This document shows, one piece after another, positions 1 to 10,384 of a DNA stretch of 64,000 nucleotides. Origin of the DNA: Thermoplasmata archaeon (GTDB lineage: Archaea > Thermoplasmatota > Thermoplasmata > Lutacidiplasmatales > SKW197); the NCBI GenBank assembly GCA_026414225.1, contig JAOAJK010000005.1, forward strand, positions 10,609-74,608. Reading direction: 5' to 3'. The position numbers and the translations under genes are program-made. Under the pieces are notes generated by a model. That model saw nothing but the letters and a program-made list of their open reading frames with translations, ran no database searches and was not told the DNA's origin. Each line of letters begins with the position of its first letter. The stretch's first letter is position 1.

Positions 1-1986
1 TTCAAATGTCCAGTTTGTGAAAGTGATGTTGAGGAAAATGCCTCAAAATGCCCCGTATGCGGGCTTGAGTTTAAGCCGGAGGCGAAGGAGGAAGCGGGGC
101 TCGCTGAACTTGCAGAACTCGAGCAGCTCGTGGATGGAGAGACATCCCCCCAGGAAGAAAAAACCCCTGCAAAGGAAACGGAAACTGCCACAGGAAGCGA
201 GGAAGCGGTGGCTGAGATGGAGTCATTGATAAGCGACGAAAAGACCCAGATCGAGAACATCGACGCAGTTGAAAGCATTGTGGACGAGGAACTCGGAGAG
301 GAGAAGTACGCTGGGGATGAGGCAGTATGCCCGGTTTGCTACGGGACTGTCAGTGCATTTGCAGAAAAATGCGAGCATTGCGGTGCCGAATTTGCACCTG
401 AGAGTAGATGCGGCTTCTGTGGAGAGCTCGTGGAAAGCGATGCAATTTTCTGTCCAGCATGCGGGCACTCGCTGATTGAGGACGAGTCAATCTGTCCCAA
501 GTGTGGCGAGGTTGTTGGCATTACCGAAAACAGATGCCCGAGATGCCACACCGAATTTGCTGCAGATGCGTTCAGGTGTACCAACTGCGGTACAGCCGTC
601 ACAGTGAAAGATGTTGTTTGTCCGAACTGCGGGACAATGCTGAAGGAAGGGGTAAAACTCAAGGCCGAGATAATGGCGCAACCCCAAATCTCCCTTCCCG
701 CGGGTGCGACACCCATTGCGGTCGCGGCCGCACCGGTGGCGGTGAGCGCAACCCCTGTGCCAACCGAAACCGTGATAAAAATTGAGAGCGTGAAGATTGG
801 CTCGCCCCTTGAAAGTGAGAGCCCACTTGATATGGTTGCTGGAGCCCCGGCGGCCTCCGCAGCGGTAGCCCAGGCGGCACCTGGTGCACCCACACAGGCA
901 GCACCGCAGCCCGCGGATAGAGCTATGCTTGCTGCATTCAGACAGGAAATGAAGATTCAGAGGGAACTGTATCCATTCACAGCGATTGTCGGGCAGGAGG
1001 ACATGAAACTTGCCCTCATTCTCAACGCGATTGATCCTGACATAGGAGGCGTTTTGATCCAGGGGCAGAAAGGCACGGGCAAATCCATTTCCGTGCGGGG
1101 GCTTGCGGAACTTCTGCCTGAAATAGAGTTTATCACGGGCTGCCTCTACTCATGCGACCCGAAGGACAAGGAAAAATGGTGCTGGGAGTGCAAGGAAAAA
1201 TACGGGAAGGGGGATGTGGAGATTCCGGTCTCAAAAAGACCGATAAAGGTGGTTGAACTGCCGCTGAATGCCACTGAGGACAGGGTTGTGGGCACAATTG
1301 ACATCGAGAAGATTCTTACCCAGGGTCTGAAAGCATTTGAGCCAGGCATTCTTGCAGAAGCAAACAGGGGGATTCTCTACATTGATGAAATCAACCTGCT
1401 GGATGACTACATCGTGGATGTGCTGCTTGATGCGGCGGCTATGGGCGTGGTGACCGTGGAAAGAGAAGCGGTGAGTGTGTCCTACCCGGGCAAATTCATA
1501 ATCGTGGGAAGCATGAACCCTGAAGAAGGTGCATTGAGACCCCAGCTTCTGGACAGGATTGCCCTTCAGGTGAAGGTGAAGGGGGTTGAAGACATCTTTG
1601 GAAGAATGGAGATTGTAAAAAGAAGGGAGGAGTTTAACGCAAATCCAGCTGCATTCCGTGAAAAATACAAGAAGGAGCAGGAAGAAATGCGGAAGAAAAT
1701 TGAGAAGGCGAGGGAGATTTTGAAGGATGTGGGAATCACAATTGAACAGCTGGAACTGATTGCAAAAATTTCGCTGAGCTTCGGTGTGGATGGCCACAGG
1801 GCAGACATCATTATCGAGCGCACAGCAAAGGCCCTTGCTGCGTGGAACGGGCGCCTGAAGGTTGAGTTAGACGACATTCTTAAAGCTGCTGAATTTGCCC
1901 TCCCGCACAGAATGAGAAAGAGACCGTTTGAGGAGGAGGAGTTCAGTGTCGAAAAGTTACGCAGGGTTGTTGAGGATCTGATGTGA
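1..1986 (+). CDS. Poly-zinc-ribbon protein fused to a ChlI/BchI-type (Mg-chelatase subunit I-like) AAA+ ATPase; 5'-partial
   Basis: Frame 1 is open from base 1 ([20 protein letters not shown]...), so the true start is outside the window. 10 CxxC motifs, Ala/Pro linker, then YPFTAIVGQ, Walker A GQKGTGKS, Walker [29 protein letters not shown]. Confidence 0.9.
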   Translation, partial: FKCPVCESDVEENASKCPVCGLEFKPEAKEEAGLAELAELEQLVDGETSPQEEKTPAKETETATGSEEAVAEMESLISDEKTQIENIDAVESIVDEELGEEKYAGDEAVCPVCYGTVSAFAEKCEHCGAEFAPESRCGFCGELVESDAIFCPACGHSLIEDESICPKCGEVVGITENRCPRCHTEFAADAFRCTNCGTAVTVKDVVCPNCGTMLKEGVKLKAEIMAQPQISLPAGATPIAVAAAPVAVSATPVPTETVIKIESVKIGSPLESESPLDMVAGAPAASAAVAQAAPGAPTQAAPQPADRAMLAAFRQEMKIQRELYPFTAIVGQEDMKLALILNAIDPDIGGVLIQGQKGTGKSISVRGLAELLPEIEFITGCLYSCDPKDKEKWCWECKEKYGKGDVEIPVSKRPIKVVELPLNATEDRVVGTIDIEKILTQGLKAFEPGILAEANRGILYIDEINLLDDYIVDVLLDAAAMGVVTVEREAVSVSYPGKFIIVGSMNPEEGALRPQLLDRIALQVKVKGVEDIFGRMEIVKRREEFNANPAAFREKYKKEQEEMRKKIEKAREILKDVGITIEQLELIAKISLSFGVDGHRADIIIERTAKALAAWNGRLKVELDDILKAAEFALPHRMRKRPFEEEEFSVEKLRRVVEDLM

Positions 1987-1996
1987 GGTCGGGAAA

Positions 1997-2254
1997 ATGA
2001 AGGTGGAACTTTTTTATTCTCCTACTTGCCCTGATTGCCCGCCTGCAAAAAGAATTTTCAGGAAATTGCTGGCGGCACATCCTGAAGTAGAGTACGCGGA
2101 AATCAATGTGAAGGAGAACAGAAAGAGGGCGGAAGAGATCGGGCTCACCCATGTGCCCACAATTCTGTTTGACGGTGAAATCGTATTCGTGGAGCATGTG
2201 ACAGAGGAAGAAGCGCTGAGGGAAATTGAAAAAAGGTTAAAGGTACCAGAATAA
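1997..2254 (+). CDS. Thioredoxin-family protein
   Basis: FYSPTCPDCP active site and VPT cis-Pro motif; GAGGT RBS; 85 aa. Confidence 0.9.
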   Translation: MKVELFYSPTCPDCPPAKRIFRKLLAAHPEVEYAEINVKENRKRAEEIGLTHVPTILFDGEIVFVEHVTEEEALREIEKRLKVPE

Positions 2255-2404
2255 ATTCCGAGTTGCTGTGCTTTCTTTTTCAACCCGTTTAATCTGGCTG
2301 AAATAAGCCGGGCAGTCCCATTCCCTGTCAAACCATAAATCCGTAATTGGGCAGTTTTTTCCATCGCAGTAAAGCACTGGCCTGCCACACGGAGTCGGTT
2401 TCAT
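2237..2404 (-). CDS. Putative 55-aa four-cysteine protein (not in ORF track)
   Basis: ATG 5 nt after the rps2 stop; MKPTPCGRPVLYCDGKNCPITDLWFDREWDCPAYFSQIKRVEKESTATRNLFWYL; fills the intergenic gap and overlaps the thioredoxin 3' end by 18 nt. Confidence 0.3.
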   Translation of the reverse strand: MKPTPCGRPVLYCDGKNCPITDLWFDREWDCPAYFSQIKRVEKESTATRNLFWYL

Positions 2405-2409
2405 CTCTA

Positions 2410-3024
2410 CTACAGGGGTGCCTCAAAGTCCTCAACTGTGAATTTGTAGTCAGCATCGGAGCCAATCTTGTCCATTGCCTTGAGGGTCTCACGGGTGAGC
2501 AACCAGTAAACGAGTGCGAGGGCCCTCCTGCCCTTGTTGTTCGTTGGTATCACAAGGTCGACATACCGGGTTTCATTGTTGGCATCACACAGGGCAACGA
2601 CAGGAACGCCGATACTGACCGCCTCTTTCAATGCCTGGACATCCACGGCAGGGTCAGTGAGAAAAACGACATCCGGCTCAAAGAATGTGGGAATGTTGTA
2701 GTTGGTCATCGTCCCAGGGATGTACCGCCCAGGGAAGCATCTTGCTCCGATTGTATCTGCAAATAGTTTAACTGGCTTCTGTCCATACTGCCTTGCGGAA
2801 ACTGCCAGAATTTTGTCTGGCTCATAGTTTGCCAGAAATTTGGCAGCCACGCGAATCCGCTCATCGGTATGCTGGACATCCATCACATAAAGTCCATCGG
2901 TTCGAACTTTGTAGATGAACCGCTTCATGTTTGCACTTTTTGCCTGGGTGCCTATGTGGACCCCTGATGTCAGATATAACTCCTCGTCAATCAGCAGATT
3001 TTTCTTCTTTGCCTCTTCAGCCAT
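2410..3024 (-). CDS. rps2: 30S ribosomal protein S2 (uS2)
   Basis: [20 protein letters not shown] and [16 protein letters not shown] archaeal S2 motifs. Start at ATG 3024 or GTG 3030. Confidence 0.97.
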   Translation of the reverse strand: MAEEAKKKNLLIDEELYLTSGVHIGTQAKSANMKRFIYKVRTDGLYVMDVQHTDERIRVAAKFLANYEPDKILAVSARQYGQKPVKLFADTIGARCFPGRYIPGTMTNYNIPTFFEPDVVFLTDPAVDVQALKEAVSIGVPVVALCDANNETRYVDLVIPTNNKGRRALALVYWLLTRETLKAMDKIGSDADYKFTVEDFEAPL

Positions 3025-3026
3025 GG

Positions 3027-4238
3027 TCACACCCCGTACAGTTCCTCCTCTATTCGTATGAGTTCATTCAGCTTTGCAATCCGTTCGCCCCCCACCACTC
3101 CTGTTTTTATCCCAAGACATCCAAAGGCAACGGAAAGATGGGCGATTGCAGCGTCTGTGGTCTCCCCGCTTCTGTGGGAAATTACAGTTGAGTAGCCGTT
3201 GTCATGGGCAAGCGAGACAGCATCCAGGGCATCGGTGAGCGTCCCGATCTGGTTCACCTTGATAAGCACCGCATTTGCAGCTCCCATGCGGATACCCTTC
3301 TCAATTCTATCGTAGTTTGTCACAAAGATGTCATCGCCGATTATCAGGCATTTATCGCCGATCCGTTCCGTGAGCTTCACATACCCCTCGAAATCCTCCT
3401 CATCCAGCGGATCTTCAAGTGAGTAAAGTCCATACTTTTCAACGAGCTTGGCCACGAAATCGATCTGTCCTTCAGGGCTAAGGGTCTGTTCCTTGTAATG
3501 GTACTTGCCCTTTTCGTAGAATTCTGATGCGGCAAGATCAAGTGCAGGGTGGACCTCTATCTTCAGGGTATCGCGGACCTCCTGGCAGGCCTCTACCACA
3601 ATCTCGAGGGCTTCAATGTTACCCAATTTAGCGACCCAGCCACACTCATCGCCCTTGCCCAGGGCAACATCCGGATACTTCTTTGAAATTTTTTCCTTCA
3701 CCTTCTTGTGGACCATTGCATTTGCAAACACGGAATCCCTGAAAGTTTCTCCCTGGGCGACAACCAGATACTCCTGGATGTCCGTGGAACCAACCGCATG
3801 CTTCCCGCCATTCAACACATTGCCAAAAGGCAGGGGAAGGGTTCTGGCAAATGCACCTCCGAGATATCGATAAAGGGGCATCCCGTACTCTGAGGCAGCA
3901 GCGAATGCCACAGCCAGAGATGTTGCAGCTGCTACATTGCCTCCCATGTTCGAAAAGTTATCTGTAGCATCGAGTTCGTGGAGCATTGCGTCGAATTCCT
4001 CCTGGGCAGTTACTTCCATTCCGAGGAGCTTTGGAATGTGTTTCTTCCTGAACTGCTCTATTGCAAAATCCAGACCTTTTGCAGGATAGGCACAAACCTC
4101 GTGCTTCCCCGTGCTGGCACCGCTCGGTGCTGCACTCCTTCCATAACCTCCATCCAGTGTGAAGATTTCAACCTCTACTGTGGGATTTCCCCGGCTATCC
4201 AGAATTTTCCGAATTTTTATGTCCTCGATTTCGCTCAT
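3027..4238 (-). CDS. eno: Enolase
   Basis: [38 protein letters not shown] motifs. Confidence 0.97.
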   Translation of the reverse strand: MSEIEDIKIRKILDSRGNPTVEVEIFTLDGGYGRSAAPSGASTGKHEVCAYPAKGLDFAIEQFRKKHIPKLLGMEVTAQEEFDAMLHELDATDNFSNMGGNVAAATSLAVAFAAASEYGMPLYRYLGGAFARTLPLPFGNVLNGGKHAVGSTDIQEYLVVAQGETFRDSVFANAMVHKKVKEKISKKYPDVALGKGDECGWVAKLGNIEALEIVVEACQEVRDTLKIEVHPALDLAASEFYEKGKYHYKEQTLSPEGQIDFVAKLVEKYGLYSLEDPLDEEDFEGYVKLTERIGDKCLIIGDDIFVTNYDRIEKGIRMGAANAVLIKVNQIGTLTDALDAVSLAHDNGYSTVISHRSGETTDAAIAHLSVAFGCLGIKTGVVGGERIAKLNELIRIEEELYGV

Positions 4239-4453
4239 GATTTACACCTCTTTAACCCATAGAGATTTTGGATTTATACCTTTTGGAAGAATCGTGCGTT
4301 ACACTGCACCAGTTTCCGGTCGCGTATTTCGTGGTAAATATATTCCCCTTATAAACCTGTTGGGGGCGGTCTACCTGCTATTCCTGTGTCTCCTACTTCT
4401 ACCAAGAATTACCTTTAATTACCTCCTGCATATACCTACAGGTGAGGGCAAGA

Positions 4454-7400
4454 ATGGAAAATGGCGATAAGTTGAATGAAAGGAAAACAAAACCCCGAAG
4501 AGGTAAGAAAAAAAGGAAGGATAGCGATAAATTTACAGATTTGATAGAGGAATGCAGGCGGGAAATGGAACTCCATGAAAAAATGGGTGTGGAAATCCCG
4601 GGTGAACTCTGGAAGGAATTTGAGGAGATAGAGGACCAGATAGAGGAGGGAAATTATAGCGACACTGCGGAACGGATAACCTCGCTCATGGACAAGCTGA
4701 GGGAAAACAAGGAGAGAAAAATAGGGGAATTCAAACAGAAGGTAAATGAAGTGCTCGAGTTTCTGAGGGCCCATCAAATTCCATCCGACGAATGTGAAAA
4801 TGCCCTCCATCTTGCAGAGAATGAGCAACTGGGGGAAGCGAAGAGGGTATGGGAGGAAGCAAGGGAAATTGTGGAGGGCAAGATTGCAAATCTGAAGAAA
4901 GCAATGGAGGAAGTCAAGAAGACGAAGGAATTGATAGAATATACCGCCACCCATAAAATTGACATCAACGCTGAAAAGGAGGAACTTGCAAAGGCAGAGG
5001 AGTTTTTGCTCCATGGCAAGATTGAGGAATGCCTGGAAGTTCTGGTAGAGGTTAGGAGGAACTGCGATGAGAAGCTCGCCCACAAATTCAGCGAAGAAAT
5101 TAAAAAAATAGAGCAGATGGAGGGCGTAGTTCCAGGGTTGAGAGAAATAATTGAGAAAAGCAGGGCCGAGTTTGAGAAACTGGACTACTACAATGCATTT
5201 GGCTCGCTAGCCAGCGCCTGGAGCAGTATCTCCCGTGTCGACATTAACACCCTGAAAGCCCAGATTGCTGACCTGAAAATCCTCCTTAACGAAATAAAAA
5301 CGCTGAGCGGGTATCTCCCCCATCTGGAGGATTGCGAGAAGGAACTCGGGAAAAAGAATACGGAAGCAGCCCTGCGAATAATCTCTAATCTCAGGCAGGA
5401 AACGATGCCTGTTTTTGAACGAGATTTCGGGCGGATCATGAGCAGGGTCCAGGCAATCACTCAAACCCTCGGGGAGCATGGTATCGTACCCAAGGAAGTC
5501 GAGGAGAGAACCACCGAAACCCTCAACTACAAGGCAAAGGGGGAACCCGGAAAAGCAATTCTTACCGCACGGCTGGCCCAGGAGATGGCCGAAAAGGCCG
5601 CTGGGGAGGTTGTGAAAAACCTTTTAAAATCAATGAGGGAACTCGGGAAAGCAAAGGTCATCCAGAGCGTAAACCTCCAGCAAATCAAGAAAATCGAGGA
5701 AAACCTTGGAACCAATGTTCACGATGCCCTGAAACAGGCCTTTGAACTCAAACAGACTGTGGACAATGAAATTCGAAATCAGATTGAACCGGTTGAAAAT
5801 GAACTTGTGGCCCTTGAAAATCTAATCCGGGACCTCCAGCAAAACGGGCTCAATGTTTCTGAAGCCAGTGCGCTCCAGCTGAAAACCAGGAGTTTTCTGG
5901 AGAGTTACCAGTTCAAGTATGCTGACCAGACCCTGAATGACCTGAAGGCATCTGTGCACAAATTAATCGCGGGAGCGGTCTCTGGGAATCTACCCATGCT
6001 TCAGAAGGACATCCAGGCAACTGGCGATGAGGCACTCGCAACCCTTGCGGAGGAGGTAAAAGCAGCACTGGATGGTGGAGATTTCTATACTGCGTGGGAA
6101 CAGCTCAAGGAACTCATCCTCAGAACAAGGGAGGTTGTAACGAGATCAGTAAGTGAGGGCCTGAGGAATCTCTCTGACCTTGTTACAGAATTTGGAAAGA
6201 GCGGAATAAAGTTTGTGATGCCAGAAATCTCGCCTTCAGACCCGCTTGCGAGAGAAAAAATTGAAAATTTTGTGAGCGTGTGTGAGGATACACTCCATGA
6301 GATCGTGGCTGCAAAACTGGAAAACGCAAAAAAGTTACTTGAAAATGCCGAAAAAATGGGGGTAAAAACCGGAATTGATGCAGGTCTGATTGCAGCGCTA
6401 AGTGAAATGCTCGGCAGAAAGATGTTTAACCTGGAATCCGCGAAAACTGTCGGAAACTTGAACGAACGAATTACTGAAGCAGAGAAAAAGCTCGCAGAAA
6501 TTGCCCTCAGGGAAATTGAAAAAATGGAGGAAGCGAGAGAAAAGGTAGTAAAACTTGGCTTCAACACTGAAAAGTACGATACCAAGGTAAACCTTGCCCA
6601 TGAAAGAATTGAAAAGGGAAGATTGTATGAGGCATGGTTTGTAGCCAGCCGCGTGACCGCGGAGATGAACAAGGACCTCCACGAAAAGTTTACGAATGAA
6701 CTGGAATATACGAGCAGGGTGGTGAAGGAGTTTTCAAAACTTGATGTGGATACAATTGCAATTAAGGTTGACATGGAAAATGCAAAGATTCTTCTTACAA
6801 AAAAGGATTACATCAAGCTCCGCCAGGTGCTTGCTACAATCCAAGAGAAACTCGGGGAATTCACCGCCTCCCGTGTGAAAGAGGAATTCGCGAAGCTCGA
6901 GGAGTATGTGGAAACCTGCATAAAATTTGAAATTGTGCCCCAGGAATACAGAACGGTTCTCCACGGGATCCAGTCATTGATAAACGAGAACAGAATCTTC
7001 GATGCCCACATGCAGATAAAGGAGGCAAGGGATTTTTTGCAGAGAACGAGCGCCAATGCATACGAAACAAAGAAGGCCAGCATTAATAAATTGAGTGAGT
7101 TCGGAAAGAAACTCGGACTTGACAAGATTGATGTGAATTTCGCCGAGATTGACGGGGTCTTCCAGGAGGATATGGTGCTCGGGCTCGAGCAGCTCGCCAG
7201 CGTAAGAGAAAAGATTTTGAAGGTGCTGAAAGACCGTGTCTCTGCCGAAATTTCCACGATTAAGAGACAGTTTCAGGTATGCAGGGAGCGGGGAATAAAC
7301 TGCGAAAGCCAGAGCATGATGGTGGATGACGCGGTTCGCCTGCTGGAGCACGGAAAAATCGAGGAGGGGTACACTCTCGTGCTCGAAGCGAAGGCCTCGC

Positions 7401-10381
7401 TCCTTACAGTGCTTGAAGATGCGATCCTGAAACGGCTCGAGGAGGTGAAGCCAGAAATTGAGCTGCTGAAAAAGCACAATCTCTACTCCCATACCCTCGA
7501 GACCAAACTGAATGATGTTCAGGATTTGATGGCTAAAAAGGATATTGCGAGGGCATATGCGACCTATTTCTCGTTACGCACAGAACTGGACAGCCTGCTC
7601 GGAAGGGTTCTATCGGAAGTGATCGAGCACTACAGGAAAAAACTTCGGGAGTACGAGAATTTCGGTTTCAGGTTTGAGACGGAACACCAGATGCTCAGCG
7701 ATGCTGCAAGTAAAGGTGAGAAGGGTCTCGTGCGGGAGGCATACGAGGAAATCGGACAGCTGGATACACGGATACAGGACGCCGTGAGGAACCAGATTGT
7801 TCAGATGCTGGAGGATGCAAAGGCAAACCTGCCAATAATTGAAAAAGAGGTGATTGATGCAGCCCGTTTCGGGACTATTCTGGAAAGAACCGAAAATTAC
7901 CTTGCGTCCGGGAACCTCCTGGGTGCAATAAAATCCCTGAATGAATTCGGTGAGGCCTATGCCAAGCTGAAGGAAAGGTTCTATGACTACATCGAGGAGA
8001 TACGGGAAGGCAACCAGATTCTGGTAGAGATGGGGATGGCAGTCCAGAATCTTGAGACCGAAATTGAGGACTTCGAAAGAAGGATTGACCAGCACAAATT
8101 CTGGGAGATTGCCCAGAGAATAATTGAATGGCAGATTTACCTCCGCGGTGTGCTCAGGGACAGATTTCTCTGGGAAATAAACGAAACCTCAAAAGCTCTG
8201 GAACAAATGGAGAAATTAGCTGGTGGTGGAGACGAAAAAATCTCGGCCCTTCTTAAGGAAGCTACAGTTATGGTCGAGGAACACAGATACGGGGAGGCAA
8301 GGGTCAATATCGCCAAGGCGAAGTCCGCGCTCGCGGAACGGAACAGGAATGTGTTTGAAAAGGCATACAATGAACTGATGATGGAAATAGAGGCATGTAA
8401 CGGTGCAGGAATTGACACCACCCAGGCACAGCGATTTCTTGAAAATTTCAGGGCTGAAACTGCGGCGATGAATTATTATGCGGCAAAGTGGAACCTGGAG
8501 AACGCGAAAGAGGCCCTGGTCAAGGAGGAGGAGGCAGCCGCAACCCAGGCAGTGCATCTGCTTTCCACGAACCTCGAGCCCTACAGCAACATTTTCCCAG
8601 ATGAGTTTGTGAAATTTTACAAACAGCTTGAACATGCCCTGGTTCTCTTCAAGGAGAGAAAGTATGTGGAGTGCACGAAAATCGCTTACAAGACCAACTT
8701 TGAGTTTACAACCGCAGTAAGTGAGAAGATTAGGACCACAATTGAATATACCAGAAAACTGATTGAGGACTTCACTGAACGAGGCGTTGACCTTGAGGTT
8801 GCTAGAAACCTGCTCAACGAGAGCATCTACTACTTTAACTCCTCTGATTTTATCTCGGCAGTCCAGAAGGCAAATGAGGCAAGGGCTGCAGCGGAAGATT
8901 ACATCAAGGTACATATCCAGCAGAGGTTCGGGGAGGTAATCAACCTCGTGCGGGAGTGTACCACCCTCGGGGTAGATACCAGAAAGGTGGACGAGGAAAT
9001 TACAAAAGCTGAAAAGTTGATGGAGGCCCAGAAATACATCGAGACCTATTTTACACTCAATGGAGCCCACCTTGAATGCATAACCCAGATGCAGAAGGCA
9101 ATTCAGGCAAAAATCACAGAAATGGAAAAGCTGGCTCAAGAGTTTGTGTCCAACGGGATGTTCATCCCGAACGAGGTCTACCTTTACATTGAAAGGGCGA
9201 AATACTCCACCTCCTACGGACAGTTTATCCAGGCCGCTCAGGAAATCGAAATTGCGAGAAAGACGTTGCTTGACATCCTCGGCTCGCTCGCTGCGGACCG
9301 GATTTTAGCAGTGAAAAAGATAGGGGACATGGGGATAAGCATTGGCTGCCCGATGAAGAACACACTTAAATCCTATCAGGAACTCACAGACGCGATTGCC
9401 AAAATAGAGGTTTCAAAAGCTCTGGAACTCTGCAGGAACATAGAACCTGATGCCTGGAAAGAACTCTACGATTACCTCCAGTCAATAATTTGGGAAATCA
9501 ATGTACTTATCCAGATGGCTGAAGAGTATGGAATCCCCCACGCTACAATCTCCGAATCAATCTCCCAGGCAGAGATGCATGCCTCATGGCACAACTATCC
9601 TGCCGCCCATCAGATTCTCACCAATGCGAAAAAGGTGCTTTCCGACCTCCTCGCCTCCGCGCTTGAATCCGCACTCCGTGGAATGAAAAGTGTGTTTGAA
9701 GCTCTCAACGAAATTCTGGATGCGAAACTGGATATGGATGAAGTGAAACTGTGTGCCAGGGACATAGAACGGCTGAAATTACCCGAGGCGCATATGCGGC
9801 TCAAAAAAATAACTGAAATTGCTGAGAAAACGGCCACTAAAAATGAGAGGAAGCTCCGGGAATTTGTGGAAGAGAAATTCAAGTATGGTAAGGGCTTCGT
9901 AGATGAGTTTGTAAAGCTCGGCAGGGACGCAGGCGAGTTGCAGGATTTGCTCGCTAAGGTTGAGGAAAGAAGATTGAACAAGGACTACCTGAATGCCGCT
10001 GTGAAAATGAACCTGTTTTTGAAAACCCTCGACAAACAGGTGGAGATTCAGTTCATCAACGCAAGGGCTGACTTGGAGCAGAAGTTTAGGGTGGCGAGGG
10101 AGATGGAAATTGATGTGGAGGAGAAGGAGAAGACCTATGCGGCCCTCATCCCAAATGCCAGAACGACTGAGGAGAAGATGAAGGTAATTGCAAAAGTCGT
10201 CGAATTTTCTGATGAAATTGCGAAGCAGGGGCTTGCATATGTGGAGGCAAAACTAAAATCGTACATTGATCTGAACAAGAATCTAACCCCGGAAAATCGA
10301 TTGAAGGTGGATACCGTAAGGAGCCATCTTGAGAAAAAGGAAATGATCGAGGCATATGCTGCCCTCAAAACCCTGAAGTGA
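4454..10381 (+). CDS. Giant (~1975 aa) alpha-helical repeat protein, function unknown
   Basis: Long E/K/L-rich ORF; GGTGA RBS before ATG 4454; recurring ~62-aa unit with G-[IV]-D-like turns; no obvious TM segment, signal peptide or catalytic motif. Confidence 0.85.
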   Translation: MENGDKLNERKTKPRRGKKKRKDSDKFTDLIEECRREMELHEKMGVEIPGELWKEFEEIEDQIEEGNYSDTAERITSLMDKLRENKERKIGEFKQKVNEVLEFLRAHQIPSDECENALHLAENEQLGEAKRVWEEAREIVEGKIANLKKAMEEVKKTKELIEYTATHKIDINAEKEELAKAEEFLLHGKIEECLEVLVEVRRNCDEKLAHKFSEEIKKIEQMEGVVPGLREIIEKSRAEFEKLDYYNAFGSLASAWSSISRVDINTLKAQIADLKILLNEIKTLSGYLPHLEDCEKELGKKNTEAALRIISNLRQETMPVFERDFGRIMSRVQAITQTLGEHGIVPKEVEERTTETLNYKAKGEPGKAILTARLAQEMAEKAAGEVVKNLLKSMRELGKAKVIQSVNLQQIKKIEENLGTNVHDALKQAFELKQTVDNEIRNQIEPVENELVALENLIRDLQQNGLNVSEASALQLKTRSFLESYQFKYADQTLNDLKASVHKLIAGAVSGNLPMLQKDIQATGDEALATLAEEVKAALDGGDFYTAWEQLKELILRTREVVTRSVSEGLRNLSDLVTEFGKSGIKFVMPEISPSDPLAREKIENFVSVCEDTLHEIVAAKLENAKKLLENAEKMGVKTGIDAGLIAALSEMLGRKMFNLESAKTVGNLNERITEAEKKLAEIALREIEKMEEAREKVVKLGFNTEKYDTKVNLAHERIEKGRLYEAWFVASRVTAEMNKDLHEKFTNELEYTSRVVKEFSKLDVDTIAIKVDMENAKILLTKKDYIKLRQVLATIQEKLGEFTASRVKEEFAKLEEYVETCIKFEIVPQEYRTVLHGIQSLINENRIFDAHMQIKEARDFLQRTSANAYETKKASINKLSEFGKKLGLDKIDVNFAEIDGVFQEDMVLGLEQLASVREKILKVLKDRVSAEISTIKRQFQVCRERGINCESQSMMVDDAVRLLEHGKIEEGYTLVLEAKASLLTVLEDAILKRLEEVKPEIELLKKHNLYSHTLETKLNDVQDLMAKKDIARAYATYFSLRTELDSLLGRVLSEVIEHYRKKLREYENFGFRFETEHQMLSDAASKGEKGLVREAYEEIGQLDTRIQDAVRNQIVQMLEDAKANLPIIEKEVIDAARFGTILERTENYLASGNLLGAIKSLNEFGEAYAKLKERFYDYIEEIREGNQILVEMGMAVQNLETEIEDFERRIDQHKFWEIAQRIIEWQIYLRGVLRDRFLWEINETSKALEQMEKLAGGGDEKISALLKEATVMVEEHRYGEARVNIAKAKSALAERNRNVFEKAYNELMMEIEACNGAGIDTTQAQRFLENFRAETAAMNYYAAKWNLENAKEALVKEEEAAATQAVHLLSTNLEPYSNIFPDEFVKFYKQLEHALVLFKERKYVECTKIAYKTNFEFTTAVSEKIRTTIEYTRKLIEDFTERGVDLEVARNLLNESIYYFNSSDFISAVQKANEARAAAEDYIKVHIQQRFGEVINLVRECTTLGVDTRKVDEEITKAEKLMEAQKYIETYFTLNGAHLECITQMQKAIQAKITEMEKLAQEFVSNGMFIPNEVYLYIERAKYSTSYGQFIQAAQEIEIARKTLLDILGSLAADRILAVKKIGDMGISIGCPMKNTLKSYQELTDAIAKIEVSKALELCRNIEPDAWKELYDYLQSIIWEINVLIQMAEEYGIPHATISESISQAEMHASWHNYPAAHQILTNAKKVLSDLLASALESALRGMKSVFEALNEILDAKLDMDEVKLCARDIERLKLPEAHMRLKKITEIAEKTATKNERKLREFVEEKFKYGKGFVDEFVKLGRDAGELQDLLAKVEERRLNKDYLNAAVKMNLFLKTLDKQVEIQFINARADLEQKFRVAREMEIDVEEKEKTYAALIPNARTTEEKMKVIAKVVEFSDEIAKQGLAYVEAKLKSYIDLNKNLTPENRLKVDTVRSHLEKKEMIEAYAALKTLK

Positions 10382-10384
10382 ACT

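Noticed and set aside
1-1986. Evidence for chlorophyll synthesis
   Set aside because: ChlI-like AAA+ proteins are common in non-phototrophic archaea, and no other tetrapyrrole genes are in the window.
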